A DNA stretch of 64,000 nucleotides from Candidatus Fermentithermobacillaceae bacterium (GTDB lineage Bacteria > Bacillota > Sulfobacillia > Fermentithermobacillales > DUSS01), in contig JADBKE010000006.1 in NCBI GenBank assembly GCA_014896535.1, positions 2,290-66,289 on the forward strand, written 5' to 3'. This document shows, one piece after another, positions 39,069 to 48,991 of the stretch. Below the pieces are notes generated by a model. It was not told where the DNA came from. It worked only from the letters and a program-made list of their open reading frames with translations, and did no database searches. A program made the translations under genes and the position numbers. How positions within the stretch are numbered: position 1 is the stretch's first letter; the number at the start of each line of letters is the position of its first letter.

Positions 39069-39656
39069 TTGGAGATAATCGCGATAATCTTGGGCGGGGT
39101 GCTGATAAACAACTTCGTCTTCATGCAATACCTCGGCCTCTGTCCCTTCGTGGGAGTATCGAGGCAGCTGGAAACGGCGCTGGGGATGTCGGGTGCGGTG
39201 ATCTTCGTCATGACCATGGCTTCGGCGGTCACCTCGGTCCTCGAGATTTATGTGCTGGCGCCGCTGGGGCTCGGCTATCTCCGGACCATCGCCTACATTC
39301 TGGTCATCGCCTCGTTTGTCCAGCTGGTCGAGTTGTTCATGAAGAAGGCGGCACCCGGTCTGTACAAAGCTCTCGGCATCTACCTTCCGCTCATAACGAC
39401 GAACTGCGCCGTTCTGGGAGTGACCATGCTTAACGTGAGACATTCCTACGGCGTTCTTATGTCCACCCTGAACGGCCTCGCAGGTGCGCTGGGATGGAGC
39501 CTCGCCATAATCATTTTCGCGGGGATTCGCGAGAGATGGCGGCTGATGGATATTCCCAAGACTCTCGAGGGATTTCCGCTCGCTCTGGTTTCCACAGGGC
39601 TCATGTCCCTGGCGTTCCTCGGGTTCCAGAACCTTTTCAAGGCGGTATTCCGCTGA
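39069..39656 (+). CDS. rnfA: Rnf complex subunit A
   Basis: NNFVFMQYLGLCPFVGVS, LGIYLPLITTNCAVLGV. TTG start after GAGGAGGGG. Confidence 0.9.
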   Translation: MEIIAIILGGVLINNFVFMQYLGLCPFVGVSRQLETALGMSGAVIFVMTMASAVTSVLEIYVLAPLGLGYLRTIAYILVIASFVQLVELFMKKAAPGLYKALGIYLPLITTNCAVLGVTMLNVRHSYGVLMSTLNGLAGALGWSLAIIIFAGIRERWRLMDIPKTLEGFPLALVSTGLMSLAFLGFQNLFKAVFR

Positions 39657-39686
39657 GAGCGAGAAACGGTTCAGAGGTGAAACATT

Positions 39687-40496
39687 ATGATAGAAGCTAT
39701 CCTGACGATGGGGATAAGCGGACTGGCCTTCGGGGTTCTCCTGGGGGTTGCCGCGAGGAAATTCAGAGTGGAGCAGGACCCTAGAATACCCAAGATAATC
39801 CAGGTTCTCCCGGGGGCCAACTGCGGCGGGTGCGGCTTTCCCGGGTGCTCGGGACTGGCAGCAGCCATCGTCGAAGGGAAAGCCCCGGTCAACGCGTGCA
39901 CCGTCGGGGGAAACGCCGTGGCCGAGAAGGTTGCGGAGATAATGGGGGTACAAGCCCTGGCGGTGGAACCCAAAGTGGCCGTGGTTTACTGTCAGGGTTC
40001 GCTGGATGTAGCTGAGAACAGGGCTGAGTACGTGGGGATCGAAGACTGCCGGGCGCTGGACCAGCTTGGCGGTGTCAAAGGATGTCCGTACGGCTGTCTT
40101 GGTCTGGGAAGCTGTGTGAAAGCGTGCAAGTTCGGGGCAATGTACATGAGCCCTCAGGGGATACCTGTGGTCATCAGGGAAAAGTGCACGGGCTGCGGGG
40201 CGTGCGTCAAGGCCTGCCCGAGAAAGCTCATCGAGCTGGTCCCCGCAGACAAGCAGGTTCACATCCTCTGCAGGTCTTACGACAAAGGTCCCCAGGTCCG
40301 GAAGTACTGCAAGGTGGGCTGCATAGCTTGCCAAGCTTGTGTGAGAGCCTGCCCGCTCAAGGCGATTTCCATGGACAGGGGCACCCTTGCCCGGATCGAC
40401 TACTCGCTGTGCGATAACTGTGAGATCTGCGTGGCGAAATGTCCGGTGAAGACCATAGTTTCCTACAAAGCGAGCGAGGAGAAAGCGGCATCCTGA
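39687..40496 (+). CDS. rnfB: Rnf complex subunit B (polyferredoxin)
   Basis: N-terminal TM, LPGANCGGCGFPGC cluster, several CxxCxxCxxxCP ferredoxin motifs. Confidence 0.9.
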   Translation: MIEAILTMGISGLAFGVLLGVAARKFRVEQDPRIPKIIQVLPGANCGGCGFPGCSGLAAAIVEGKAPVNACTVGGNAVAEKVAEIMGVQALAVEPKVAVVYCQGSLDVAENRAEYVGIEDCRALDQLGGVKGCPYGCLGLGSCVKACKFGAMYMSPQGIPVVIREKCTGCGACVKACPRKLIELVPADKQVHILCRSYDKGPQVRKYCKVGCIACQACVRACPLKAISMDRGTLARIDYSLCDNCEICVAKCPVKTIVSYKASEEKAAS

Positions 40497-40543
40497 GAGT
40501 CGAGCGGTAGCGCTGGCAAGAGCAGGGCATATTTAACGGTGGG

Positions 40544-40582
40544 TGACGCCCGTCGTATGCAGGGGTTTTGCGGCGGGCGTCA
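40544..40582 (+). terminator. GC-rich hairpin after rnfB (weak terminator candidate)
   Basis: TGACGCCCG ... CGGGCGTCA 9-bp stem with a 21-nt loop, followed only by TTGTGT. Confidence 0.3.
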
Positions 40583-40711
40583 TTGTGTCCGCACTTAAAT
40601 GCTGATAAACTAAGGTGTCAGATGTCGCGAAGCTGTTGCGGGCGAAGGAGAAGAAGCACGTTGCTCAGGGATTGCAGAGGTTGTGGCGGAAACTCGGTTC
40701 GGGGGCCATCG

Positions 40712-41740
40712 GTGCGTTTTCCGCGTTTCCGCATGTTTGCCGCCGTTTCGGCGCTGGTCCTTCTGTTGGCGGTTCTTTCCTCGGGCTGTCGCCCCTCCGA
40801 CGAGCCGGTTTCCCGGGAGGAACTGGGTCTCTTCGATACGCGAATCGAAATCCGGGCTTACGGAAAGAACGCGAAAAGTGCCGTGAACCAGGCATTCGAC
40901 GAACTCCGCCGCCTTCACAATCTGTTCGATGTCTATGATCCGAACTCCGAGATATCCAAGGTGAACTCCAACGCTGGCAAGGCGCCCGTGAAGGTGAGCC
41001 CGGATACGCTGGAGGTTGTGGATCGCGCACTCTACTTCGCCCGTATTTCCGACGGGGCTTTTGACCCCACGGTGCTCCCGCTGGTGAAACTCTGGAATGT
41101 GGGTGGCGAGAATCCCAGGGTTCCGCAGGAAGAGGAGATCCGGAACGCGCTTGCCCTGGTGGATTACAGGAAGGTACTGGTGGACCGGGAGAACTCCACG
41201 ATATTCCTGGAGGCTCCCGGTATGGGACTCGACCTTGGCGGAATAGCCAAAGGGTACGCCGTCGACAAAATCGTATCGGTGCTGCGGAAAAATGGGGTCA
41301 CTTCCTTTTTGATCAACGCTGGTGGAAACGTTTATGTCAGCGGAAGGAAGCCCGGAGACGCTCTCTGGCGGGTTGGGATTACGGACCCCCTGGCGGATCC
41401 CTCGGGAACCGAGACATACCTCGGGATTTTCACGGGAACGGACATTTCAGTGGTAAGCTCGGGAGATTACCAAAGGTACTTCGAGGTCAACGGTGTGCGG
41501 TACCACCATATTTTGGACCCGAAGACGGGATACCCCGCGAGAGGTCTCAGAGGAACTACTGTGATAGGAGTATCGTCTACGGACTGTGATGGGCTATCAA
41601 CGACCCTGTTCGTACTCGGAGTCGATAAAGGGAAAGAAATTCTCTCTGCGTTTCCCGGAGTGGGAGCCATCTTCGTAAAGGCGGATGGAAGTATTGAGAT
41701 GACGCCGAATCTCAAGGATAAAGTCGATCTCCAGAGGTGA
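40712..41740 (+). CDS. apbE: ApbE-family FAD:protein FMN transferase, lipoprotein-type signal
   Basis: Signal peptide VRFPRFRMFAAVSALVLLLAVLSSGC (lipobox-like). FDTRIEIRAYG, AFDPTV, LDLGGIAKGYAVD, HHILDPKTG. Start is GTG 40712 or ATG 40733. Confidence 0.85.
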   Translation: MRFPRFRMFAAVSALVLLLAVLSSGCRPSDEPVSREELGLFDTRIEIRAYGKNAKSAVNQAFDELRRLHNLFDVYDPNSEISKVNSNAGKAPVKVSPDTLEVVDRALYFARISDGAFDPTVLPLVKLWNVGGENPRVPQEEEIRNALALVDYRKVLVDRENSTIFLEAPGMGLDLGGIAKGYAVDKIVSVLRKNGVTSFLINAGGNVYVSGRKPGDALWRVGITDPLADPSGTETYLGIFTGTDISVVSSGDYQRYFEVNGVRYHHILDPKTGYPARGLRGTTVIGVSSTDCDGLSTTLFVLGVDKGKEILSAFPGVGAIFVKADGSIEMTPNLKDKVDLQR

Positions 41741-41802
41741 GGGCAGTCCTCGCCGGATGTGCCGGAAGAAGTAGTATATGGTATACTTTAGGAGGCACTG
41801 AC

Positions 41803-42057
41803 ATGAGAAGGAATTCCCGATTATGGCTTTTGGTCTTGTTGCTGGCGGCGGGGGCGATCGTAGGCAGCATCATCGGGGAAATCGTGGGCGGCACCTGGCC
41901 CAACCTGGCCATTCTGGCAAGGGGATTTAGGGTCGGAGTCGTGCCTCCGTTTACCCTGGACCTCAATGTTCTCACAGTTACGTTTGGGTTCAGCCTCCAT
42001 TTGAACGTGTTGGGTGGAATAGTGGTCCTCCTCCTGTTGTTGTGGTTGGGCAGGTAG
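41803..42057 (+). CDS. Small membrane protein, DUF4321-like
   Basis: 84 aa, GGAGG SD. Two hydrophobic ends flank FTLDLNVLTVTFGFSLHLN. Sits in the usual position upstream of radC-mreB. Confidence 0.55.
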   Translation: MRRNSRLWLLVLLLAAGAIVGSIIGEIVGGTWPNLAILARGFRVGVVPPFTLDLNVLTVTFGFSLHLNVLGGIVVLLLLLWLGR

Positions 42058-42123
42058 GTAGGTTCCGCTTTCCCCCGGATGGCAAAGGGCGCCGGGCGAG
42101 GGACGTCGGCCGTCGTCAAACCG

Positions 42124-42837
42124 ATGAAGGAGAGGCTAACGATAAAGGACTGGCCCGATGCGGAGAGGCCCCGGGAGCGTCTCATCCGAATTGGGCCGGC
42201 AGCGCTTTCCGATGCGGAAGTGGTCGCGATCCTTCTAGGCTCGGGGAGCGCCGGCGAGACTGCCGTTGACCAGGCCAAGCGCATCCTGGCTGCGGGAGAA
42301 AGGGAGTACGGTTCGGGGCTGAAACTTCTGGCGGAGAGTTCCGTAGAGGAGCTCATCCAGGTGCGGGGTCTCGGCCCGGCCAAAGCCGCCCGCATAAAGG
42401 CCGCGGTTGAGCTCGGGAGGCGTCTTAGCGGCGGTATTGAGGAGCCGCTGGTCTGCGTGAGAAATGCGATGGACGTTTACAGGCTGGTCAGAGGGGACAT
42501 GGAGTCTCTGGACAGGGAGCACTTTTGCATATTGATGCTCAACGCCAGAAACCAGGTGCTCAGGCGCGAGGTGGTTTCCGTTGGTTGCCTCGACTCGACC
42601 ATAGTTCATCCCAGGGAAATATTTAAAAACTGCATAAAGAGAAGCGCAGCGTCGGTCATCTTGGTTCATAACCACCCGTCGGGAGATCCCACTCCCAGCA
42701 GCGAGGATCTGGAGATCACCAGGAGGCTCTCGGAAGGGGGGAAGCTTCTGGGGATCGCGGTCTTAGATCACGTGATCATCGGAAAGGGGCGGTACTCAAG
42801 CTTCCGCGAAAGCGGGCTGCCCGTACTGTCCAACTGA
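42124..42837 (+). CDS. radC: RadC-family JAB-domain protein
   Basis: IKDWPDAERPRERL, HhH region, JAMM motif VHNHPSGDPTPSSED. ATG 42079 is an alternative start. Confidence 0.85.
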   Translation: MKERLTIKDWPDAERPRERLIRIGPAALSDAEVVAILLGSGSAGETAVDQAKRILAAGEREYGSGLKLLAESSVEELIQVRGLGPAKAARIKAAVELGRRLSGGIEEPLVCVRNAMDVYRLVRGDMESLDREHFCILMLNARNQVLRREVVSVGCLDSTIVHPREIFKNCIKRSAASVILVHNHPSGDPTPSSEDLEITRRLSEGGKLLGIAVLDHVIIGKGRYSSFRESGLPVLSN

Positions 42838-42877
42838 GACATACGGAAACACAGACTAGTCGGCAGAGAAGGGAGAA

Positions 42878-43915
42878 GTGGCTACGGTGCAGGGTCTTAT
42901 GAACTACCTCACCCGGGACATGGGAATAGACCTGGGGACGGCTAACACCCTGGTCCATGTTAGGGGGAAGGGAATCGTCCTCATGGAGCCCTCGGTCGTT
43001 GCCATCCACTCGGAAACTAAGGAAGTGCTGGCGGTGGGCTCCGAGGCGAAGAAGATGATAGGCCGTACCCCCGGGAACATCATCGCCATAAGGCCGATGA
43101 AGGACGGGGTCATCGCGGACTTCGATATCACTCAGACAATGCTCAGGTACTTCATCCGCAAAGCCTACAAGCGAGGACTCCTGAAACCCCGGGTGATCGT
43201 AGCCGTGCCTTCGGGCTGCACCGAAGTGGAGCGAAGAGCGGTGCTGGATGCCGCAGTTCAGGCCGGGGCGCGGGAAGCTTATACGGTTGAAGAGCCGATG
43301 GCCGCAGCCATTGGCTCGGGTCTCCCCGTAAACGAACCGACAGGCAACATGATCGTGGATATCGGCGGTGGTACCTGCGAGGTTGCCGTGATATCTCTGG
43401 GAGGAATCGTAACGTCTAAATCGATCCGGGTCGCCGGCGACGAGATGGACGAGGCCATCGCCAGCTATATCAAGAAGGCCTATAACCTCCTGGTGGGCGA
43501 GCGCACTGCGGAAGAGGTGAAGATAAAGATAGGAACGGCGTTCGATATGGGAGAAGAACAGAGCATGGAAGTTCGGGGAAGGGACCTGGTATCCGGGCTT
43601 CCCAGGACGATATCGGTGACGTCTTCCGAGGTCAGAAAGGCCCTGGCGGAGCCCGTGGCGGCGATAGTCGAAGCTATCAGGGAGACCCTGGAGAATACGC
43701 CTCCTGAGCTGGCTGCTGACGTGATGGACAGAGGAATAATGCTGACCGGCGGTAGCGCGATGCTGAAGGGACTGGACAAGCGGATCAGTCACGAGACGGG
43801 CATGCCGGTTCACTTGGTGGACGAGCCCCTTTACGCTGTCGTCAGGGGCACCGGCAAGATTCTGGATGAGTTGGATACGTTGAAGCGCGTTCTGACCTCA
43901 GCAAGGAAGTCTTAG
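42878..43915 (+). CDS. mreB: Rod shape-determining protein MreB
   Basis: [13 protein letters not shown], actin-fold phosphate and adenosine motifs ([24 protein letters not shown]). Confidence 0.93.
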   Translation: MATVQGLMNYLTRDMGIDLGTANTLVHVRGKGIVLMEPSVVAIHSETKEVLAVGSEAKKMIGRTPGNIIAIRPMKDGVIADFDITQTMLRYFIRKAYKRGLLKPRVIVAVPSGCTEVERRAVLDAAVQAGAREAYTVEEPMAAAIGSGLPVNEPTGNMIVDIGGGTCEVAVISLGGIVTSKSIRVAGDEMDEAIASYIKKAYNLLVGERTAEEVKIKIGTAFDMGEEQSMEVRGRDLVSGLPRTISVTSSEVRKALAEPVAAIVEAIRETLENTPPELAADVMDRGIMLTGGSAMLKGLDKRISHETGMPVHLVDEPLYAVVRGTGKILDELDTLKRVLTSARKS

Positions 43916-44019
43916 ACAACAAAGTTCGGGGCTCTACCGGATCCCTGAGAAAAACCGGTTCTCCTGACGGCAGATCTCATTTACGTAGGCCGGTTGCGGA
44001 GAGGGGAAGGGGAGGAAGA

Positions 44020-44838
44020 GTGAGACGGTCTCTTCCCTACAAATCGATAGCCCTCTGCCTGGCGGCGGTACTTCTGTCGGTTTCGCTCATGAACGTTACC
44101 GGCCGTCCACGTCAGGGGTTGTCATTGTGGGAGCAGATATGGCTTGCCCTGGTGAGCCGAGTTTCTCTGGCCTTCGGTGCCGCTCATTCCTGGGGCGAAT
44201 CGCTGGTCTCGGGTTTTTCTTCAAAGCAGAAGCTCTTCGAGGAAAACAAAAGGCTCAAGCAAGAACTTTCCGTAATCGCCAGCCTGGAAGCCAGGATTAA
44301 CGAGCTCGAAGCTGAACTCGACAGGTTGAAGAAGCTTCTGGATTTTCAGGAGCAGACCGCGGAAAAGTACGTTGCGGCGAGGGTGACGGCAAGAACACCC
44401 AGCAAGTGGTTTTCGACCCTCGTGATCTCCGTCGGAAGAAGGCAGGGGGTATACCCCAACGCGCCGGTTATCTCCAGGAGCGGCCTGGTCGGGCGAGTCA
44501 TATCCGTTGCGGATGACTGGTCCGTCGTGCTACTTCTGACCGACCCCGAGTCAAGCGTGGGAGCGGTTGTAGCGGGTTCCAGGGACCACGGCATAGTATC
44601 GGGCGGTTCGTCCAGGCCTTTTCTTACAATGCAGTTCTTTTCCCGCGAAGCGCAGGTTAAGCCGGGAGACAAGGTTGTCACCTCGGGCATGGGAAGCTTT
44701 TACCCCGCCGGAATCCTCATAGGCGAGGTGGAATCCGTATCCGTTCCCAAGCCGGGACTGGTGAAGGTAGCCATGGTGAGACCGGCCACTGATTTTGACC
44801 ATCTCGAGGAGGTTCTCGTGGCGGTGAGTCCTCGATGA
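44020..44838 (+). CDS. mreC: Rod shape-determining protein MreC
   Basis: TM, coiled coil (ENKRLKQELS...LEAELDRLKKLL) and beta-barrel domains (GLVGRVISV..., VVTSGMGSFYPAGILIG). Confidence 0.85.
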   Translation: MRRSLPYKSIALCLAAVLLSVSLMNVTGRPRQGLSLWEQIWLALVSRVSLAFGAAHSWGESLVSGFSSKQKLFEENKRLKQELSVIASLEARINELEAELDRLKKLLDFQEQTAEKYVAARVTARTPSKWFSTLVISVGRRQGVYPNAPVISRSGLVGRVISVADDWSVVLLLTDPESSVGAVVAGSRDHGIVSGGSSRPFLTMQFFSREAQVKPGDKVVTSGMGSFYPAGILIGEVESVSVPKPGLVKVAMVRPATDFDHLEEVLVAVSPR

Positions 44839-45371
44839 TATGGACGGTGGTTTTCTCGGGTGCCCTGTTGCTCCTGGGCGTATTCGCCCTGGAAATGTCA
44901 ATTTTGCCGGCCCAGCTGGGAGGTCACGCCTGGGCCGATCCGCTGGCTGCTCTGGTTTCGGCCGTCGGGTGGCGTTGGGGAAGCGCCGCCGGCTTTGCGT
45001 CAGGCACGTGTCTCGGATTGCTTGAAGACTGCCTGGTTTGTCGCTTTATCGGACACCGGGCGGTCGGTCTGGCCCTAGCCGGTCTGGTTTCCGGGGCATC
45101 GCGGAAGTTAATCGAAAGGGATGCCTTTTTTTCTTTGAGCATGGTCGGGGCGGTGGCTTGCGTGACAGGCGATCTGGCTACTTATGCAGCGCTGTGGATC
45201 CAGAACATCCGTTTGAGCCCCCGGTTTCTGATAACGCAGATCCTGCCGTACCAGGCGCTGTCCGGTGCCCTGCTGGTGCTGCCCGCCGATGTCCTCATTA
45301 ACCTCATCGTCAGGCAGTACGTCTGGGCAGTCCGACGACGACCAGCCGCAGGACTGGGGACCAGGGGATGA
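44835..45371 (+). CDS. mreD: Rod shape-determining protein MreD
   Basis: 178-aa polytopic membrane ORF, coupled by ATGA overlap to mreC and by ATGA to mrdA. Assignment rests on position and hydropathy. Confidence 0.7.
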   Translation: MIWTVVFSGALLLLGVFALEMSILPAQLGGHAWADPLAALVSAVGWRWGSAAGFASGTCLGLLEDCLVCRFIGHRAVGLALAGLVSGASRKLIERDAFFSLSMVGAVACVTGDLATYAALWIQNIRLSPRFLITQILPYQALSGALLVLPADVLINLIVRQYVWAVRRRPAAGLGTRG

Positions 45372-47227
45372 CGAGAAACGTCAGGACCATATATCAGGAC
45401 AGAGACGAAAGGACCAATCTTCCCGCCAGGGAACTTGACAGGCGGAGGAAGATAGCCGCTGCGGTCCTGTTCTTCCTACTCGCCGTCCTCGTCGGACAGC
45501 TCTTTAACCTGCAGGTGGTTAAAGGTGAAAAATACCTCGAGCTTTCCAAGCGAAACTGCCTGATGATTACCCCGATACCGGCTCCGCGGGGGGAGATCGT
45601 CGACCGGGACGGGGAAGTCCTCGTTACGTCAAGACCCTCTTATAACGTTTTGCTCTGGTACGTGAATCCTACCGAGGCTGAGAAGACCCTTGACCGGCTG
45701 GCGGATATCCTGGGTATGGACCCGAGTGTCCTCCAGAAGAAAGTTCGAGACCACTCGGGAAGGTACTTCGAACCAATCCTGCTGGTCAAGGACCTCCCGC
45801 CGGAGCAGTGCGTGAAAGTGGCCGAGCACGCCCCCGAGCTCCCCGGGGTGTTCATCGACGTCCAACCGGTGCGTTACTACCCCGGAGGCACATTGGCCGC
45901 TCCGGTCCTCGGGTATGTCGGAGAAATCACCTCGTCCCAGCTGAAATCCGAGCGCTTCAAGGGTTACAAAATCGGCGACGTTGTAGGGCAGGAAGGACTG
46001 GAATCGTATTACGAGCCGTACCTCAAGGGAACGCCCGGAGGTTACCAGGTGGAGGTGGATTACCGGGGTAGGCCCACCGGGAATGTGGGACCGGGCGTGC
46101 CTCCCGAACCCGGAAAGACCCTGGTTCTGGAGATGAGCGCGTCCCTCCAGAGGGCATGCGAGGAGGCTCTCACCCAGGTTCTGCAGAAAAAGCCGACCGC
46201 CAAGGCCGGCGTGGCAGTGGTGCTCGACGTTAAGACCGGAGGAGTTCTCGCCATGGCTTCGGTCCCCGGCTTCGATCCCAATCGCCTCATACGGGGTATG
46301 AGCTATAGAGAACTTACGGAACTCGTGTCCACGGGGCAGTGGCGATTTCTCAACCTGGCCATATCGGGCCTATATCCACCTGGTTCCTGCTTCAAAGTGG
46401 TCACCGCCATAGCTGCCTTGGAGGAAGGCAAACTCACGCCGGACGAGACCTTCGTTTGCAAGGGTTATCACCCCATGGCGCCCACTCTGGGATGTTGGCA
46501 GAAACAAGGTCACGGCAGGGTCAACCTGGAAGACGCCCTGGGACAGTCCTGTAACGTGTTTTTTTACGAATTGGGGAGGCGGCTTGGAGCCGATACCATA
46601 GCTAAATACGCTTTCCAGATGGGGCTTGGCCAAAAGACGGGCATCGACCTTTTCGGTGAGGCGATGGGGACCGTTCCCACGAGCGCGTGGAAAGAGAAAG
46701 CTTACTCCGAGGGAAGGGCGAAGGAGCCGGAACTCCTCCTGTCCGAGCACATGATGGTTGCCATGGGACAGGTGTTCCACGCGTACACTCCCCTTCAAAT
46801 GGCCGTCGTTGCGCAGACCATAGCTAACAACGGAGTCAGGATGAAGCCTCGTATTGTAAAGGCCATTGTTGACGCCGATGGCCGGGTTGTAAAGGAGTTT
46901 CCCCCCGAAGTCGCGGAAAACATGAATCTGCCGGCAAATGTGATAGACGAGGTTAAGAGGGGAATGTTGAAGGTAACGCAAAAGGGTGGCACCGCGTACT
47001 GGAGCTTTTACGATTTTCCCGTGGCAGTTGCAGGGAAAACGGGCACTGCGGAGAATCCCCTGGGAGAGACACATGCCTGGTTCATCGGATTTGCTCCTTA
47101 CGAATCGCCGCAGATCGCAGTGGCGGTCCTGATAGACCAGGGCGGCGGTGGTTCGGAGGTGGCAGCACCGGTAGCCCGGGCGATTTTCCAGGAGTATTTC
47201 AAGGTGACCCCTCCTCAGGGGAGGTAG
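45368..47227 (+). CDS. mrdA: Penicillin-binding protein 2 (elongasome transpeptidase)
   Basis: TM, PBP dimerisation domain, transpeptidase motifs SCFK (SxxK), a probable SxN-type motif, and KTGTAE. Confidence 0.88.
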   Translation: MTRNVRTIYQDRDERTNLPARELDRRRKIAAAVLFFLLAVLVGQLFNLQVVKGEKYLELSKRNCLMITPIPAPRGEIVDRDGEVLVTSRPSYNVLLWYVNPTEAEKTLDRLADILGMDPSVLQKKVRDHSGRYFEPILLVKDLPPEQCVKVAEHAPELPGVFIDVQPVRYYPGGTLAAPVLGYVGEITSSQLKSERFKGYKIGDVVGQEGLESYYEPYLKGTPGGYQVEVDYRGRPTGNVGPGVPPEPGKTLVLEMSASLQRACEEALTQVLQKKPTAKAGVAVVLDVKTGGVLAMASVPGFDPNRLIRGMSYRELTELVSTGQWRFLNLAISGLYPPGSCFKVVTAIAALEEGKLTPDETFVCKGYHPMAPTLGCWQKQGHGRVNLEDALGQSCNVFFYELGRRLGADTIAKYAFQMGLGQKTGIDLFGEAMGTVPTSAWKEKAYSEGRAKEPELLLSEHMMVAMGQVFHAYTPLQMAVVAQTIANNGVRMKPRIVKAIVDADGRVVKEFPPEVAENMNLPANVIDEVKRGMLKVTQKGGTAYWSFYDFPVAVAGKTGTAENPLGETHAWFIGFAPYESPQIAVAVLIDQGGGGSEVAAPVARAIFQEYFKVTPPQGR

Positions 47228-47232
47228 CCGCG

Positions 47233-48168
47233 GTGTCCGAGAAGCAAGATGTGATATTCACGGGGACTAAAGATGGGCTGTATCTCGTCTTAAACGACCG
47301 GCAAGATCTCAAGGTGCTGAAAGATAAGATCAAGTCTCACCTGGAGAAATCCGAGTTTTTCTTTCAGGGCGCGCAGGTGATCCTCGACGTCGGCTCCATG
47401 AACCTCAATACCGAAGAGATCCTGGATATCCAGAACGCCGTCTTCAGTCCGTACGGTCTGAAAATCAAGAAGGTCGTTCACGGTTCGAGAGACGGCGTGC
47501 TGCGCCGAAGGGCCGCCGGTTTACCGCCGGAGGGTTCGCCGAGCGCATCTGGAACGCAGGCTTCAGGGAGCTCTCGAGTCCGGAGCCCCTATTACGTGTC
47601 AGAAAGTCAGGCCTCGTGTTCTGAACCGGAGACCGGCTTGTCCGCGGAACGCTTGGTGCTGGGGCCTTGTGTGACCGATGGGTCCATAGATACCGAGCGC
47701 AAAGAGGCCCTTTACCGCGAAGTGTCCCGCAAGCTCTTGGAGGGCGTACGGACCCGGGCCTCGACGAGCGTTCCCACCGAGCGACCCTCCTCCGGAGTAG
47801 AGCCGCGTGCGGAGCGGCCTCGGCCGGTGCTGGAGACCCTGCTGTACCGGGGTACCGTCCGCTCGGGGCAGAGGGTGTACCATCCGGGCAACTTGGTCAT
47901 CCTCGGAGATGTGAATCCCGGAGGTGTGGTGCAGGCGGGAGGGGACATAGTGGTGATGGGGACGTTGCGCGGGGTGGCTCACGCCGGCGCCGGGGGCGAC
48001 GTGGATTCGGCGATTTACGCTTTAAGACTCGAGCCGACACAGATACGGATCGCTAACGTAATTGGCAGGCCCCCTGAGGGGGAGGAGCGAGGACCGTGGA
48101 AAGGTCCGGAGACGGCGCGCCTGAAAGATGGAGCGATCATTATCGAAGCGATGGATAACACCAGATAA
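47233..48168 (+). CDS. minC: Septum site-determining protein MinC with a long low-complexity linker
   Basis: N-domain (VIFTGTKDGLYLVL...) and C-terminal beta-helix (GTVRSGQRVYHPGNLVILGDVNPGGVVQAGGDIVVMGTLRG). Confidence 0.8.
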   Translation: MSEKQDVIFTGTKDGLYLVLNDRQDLKVLKDKIKSHLEKSEFFFQGAQVILDVGSMNLNTEEILDIQNAVFSPYGLKIKKVVHGSRDGVLRRRAAGLPPEGSPSASGTQASGSSRVRSPYYVSESQASCSEPETGLSAERLVLGPCVTDGSIDTERKEALYREVSRKLLEGVRTRASTSVPTERPSSGVEPRAERPRPVLETLLYRGTVRSGQRVYHPGNLVILGDVNPGGVVQAGGDIVVMGTLRGVAHAGAGGDVDSAIYALRLEPTQIRIANVIGRPPEGEERGPWKGPETARLKDGAIIIEAMDNTR

Positions 48169-48184
48169 GGAGGGGAGGAGCCCT

Positions 48185-48979
48185 GTGGGACAATCTCTGG
48201 TAATCACCTCGGGGAAGGGTGGTGTCGGTAAGACTACGGCTACCGCCAATATCGGAGCGGCCCTGGCGATGTTGAACCAGAAGGTCGTACTGGTTGATGC
48301 GGATATCGGGCTGAGGAACCTGGATGTGGTAATGGGTTTGGAGAACCGCATCGTGTACGATCTCGTCGACGTCGTGGAAGGGTTCTGCAAGCTCAAGCAA
48401 GCTTTGATCAAGGACAAACGGGTGGAAGGGTTGTACCTGCTGCCGGCTGCCCAGACCAGAGACAAGACGGCGGTTACGCCCGAGCAAATGAAGAATCTGG
48501 TGGGACAGCTCAAGGAGGAGTTCGACTACGTCATCGTAGACTGTCCCGCCGGAATAGAACAGGGCTTCAGAAACGCGGTGGCGGGCGCGGACAGAGCTAT
48601 AGTTATAACCACACCCGACGTATCCTCGGTGAGGGACGCGGACAGAGTCATCGGGCTTCTGGAGTCGTCCGGTTTCGAGCGGCCGGTTCTCATCGTCAAC
48701 AGAATAAAGCCGAAAATGGTCGACCGCGGTGATATGATGGATATCGGTGATATCCTGGACGTCCTGGCCATCGAGCTGATCGGCGTGGTTCCCGAGGATG
48801 AGAGCATACTGGTCTCCACAAACAGGGGAGAGCCCGCCGTGTTTGACGGTTCGTCCAGGGCGGGGCAAGCTTTTCGTAACATCGCCAGGAGACTGAGGGG
48901 TGAAGAGGTTCCTTTCATGAACTTGGCGGAAGTTCAGGGATTGTGGGGTCGCTTGCGGAAGCTCGTCGGTCTCGAATAG
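48185..48979 (+). CDS. minD: Septum site-determining ATPase MinD
   Basis: Deviant Walker A SGKGGVGKTT and a C-terminal amphipathic helix. GTG 48185 lies after AGGAGGGGAGGAG. Confidence 0.93.
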   Translation: MGQSLVITSGKGGVGKTTATANIGAALAMLNQKVVLVDADIGLRNLDVVMGLENRIVYDLVDVVEGFCKLKQALIKDKRVEGLYLLPAAQTRDKTAVTPEQMKNLVGQLKEEFDYVIVDCPAGIEQGFRNAVAGADRAIVITTPDVSSVRDADRVIGLLESSGFERPVLIVNRIKPKMVDRGDMMDIGDILDVLAIELIGVVPEDESILVSTNRGEPAVFDGSSRAGQAFRNIARRLRGEEVPFMNLAEVQGLWGRLRKLVGLE

Positions 48980-48991
48980 GGGGTGGAGAAC

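Noticed and set aside
39024-40334. 436-aa ORF on the minus strand opposite rnfA/rnfB
   Set aside because: It lies entirely antisense to two well-supported rnf genes. Its product is Arg/His/Pro/Gly-rich with no motifs, which is typical of shadow ORFs in a high-GC genome.
41712-42395. 227-aa minus-strand ORF spanning the DUF4321 and radC region
   Set aside because: It is antisense to two plus-strand genes that have good SD sites and recognisable motifs, and it has no features of its own.
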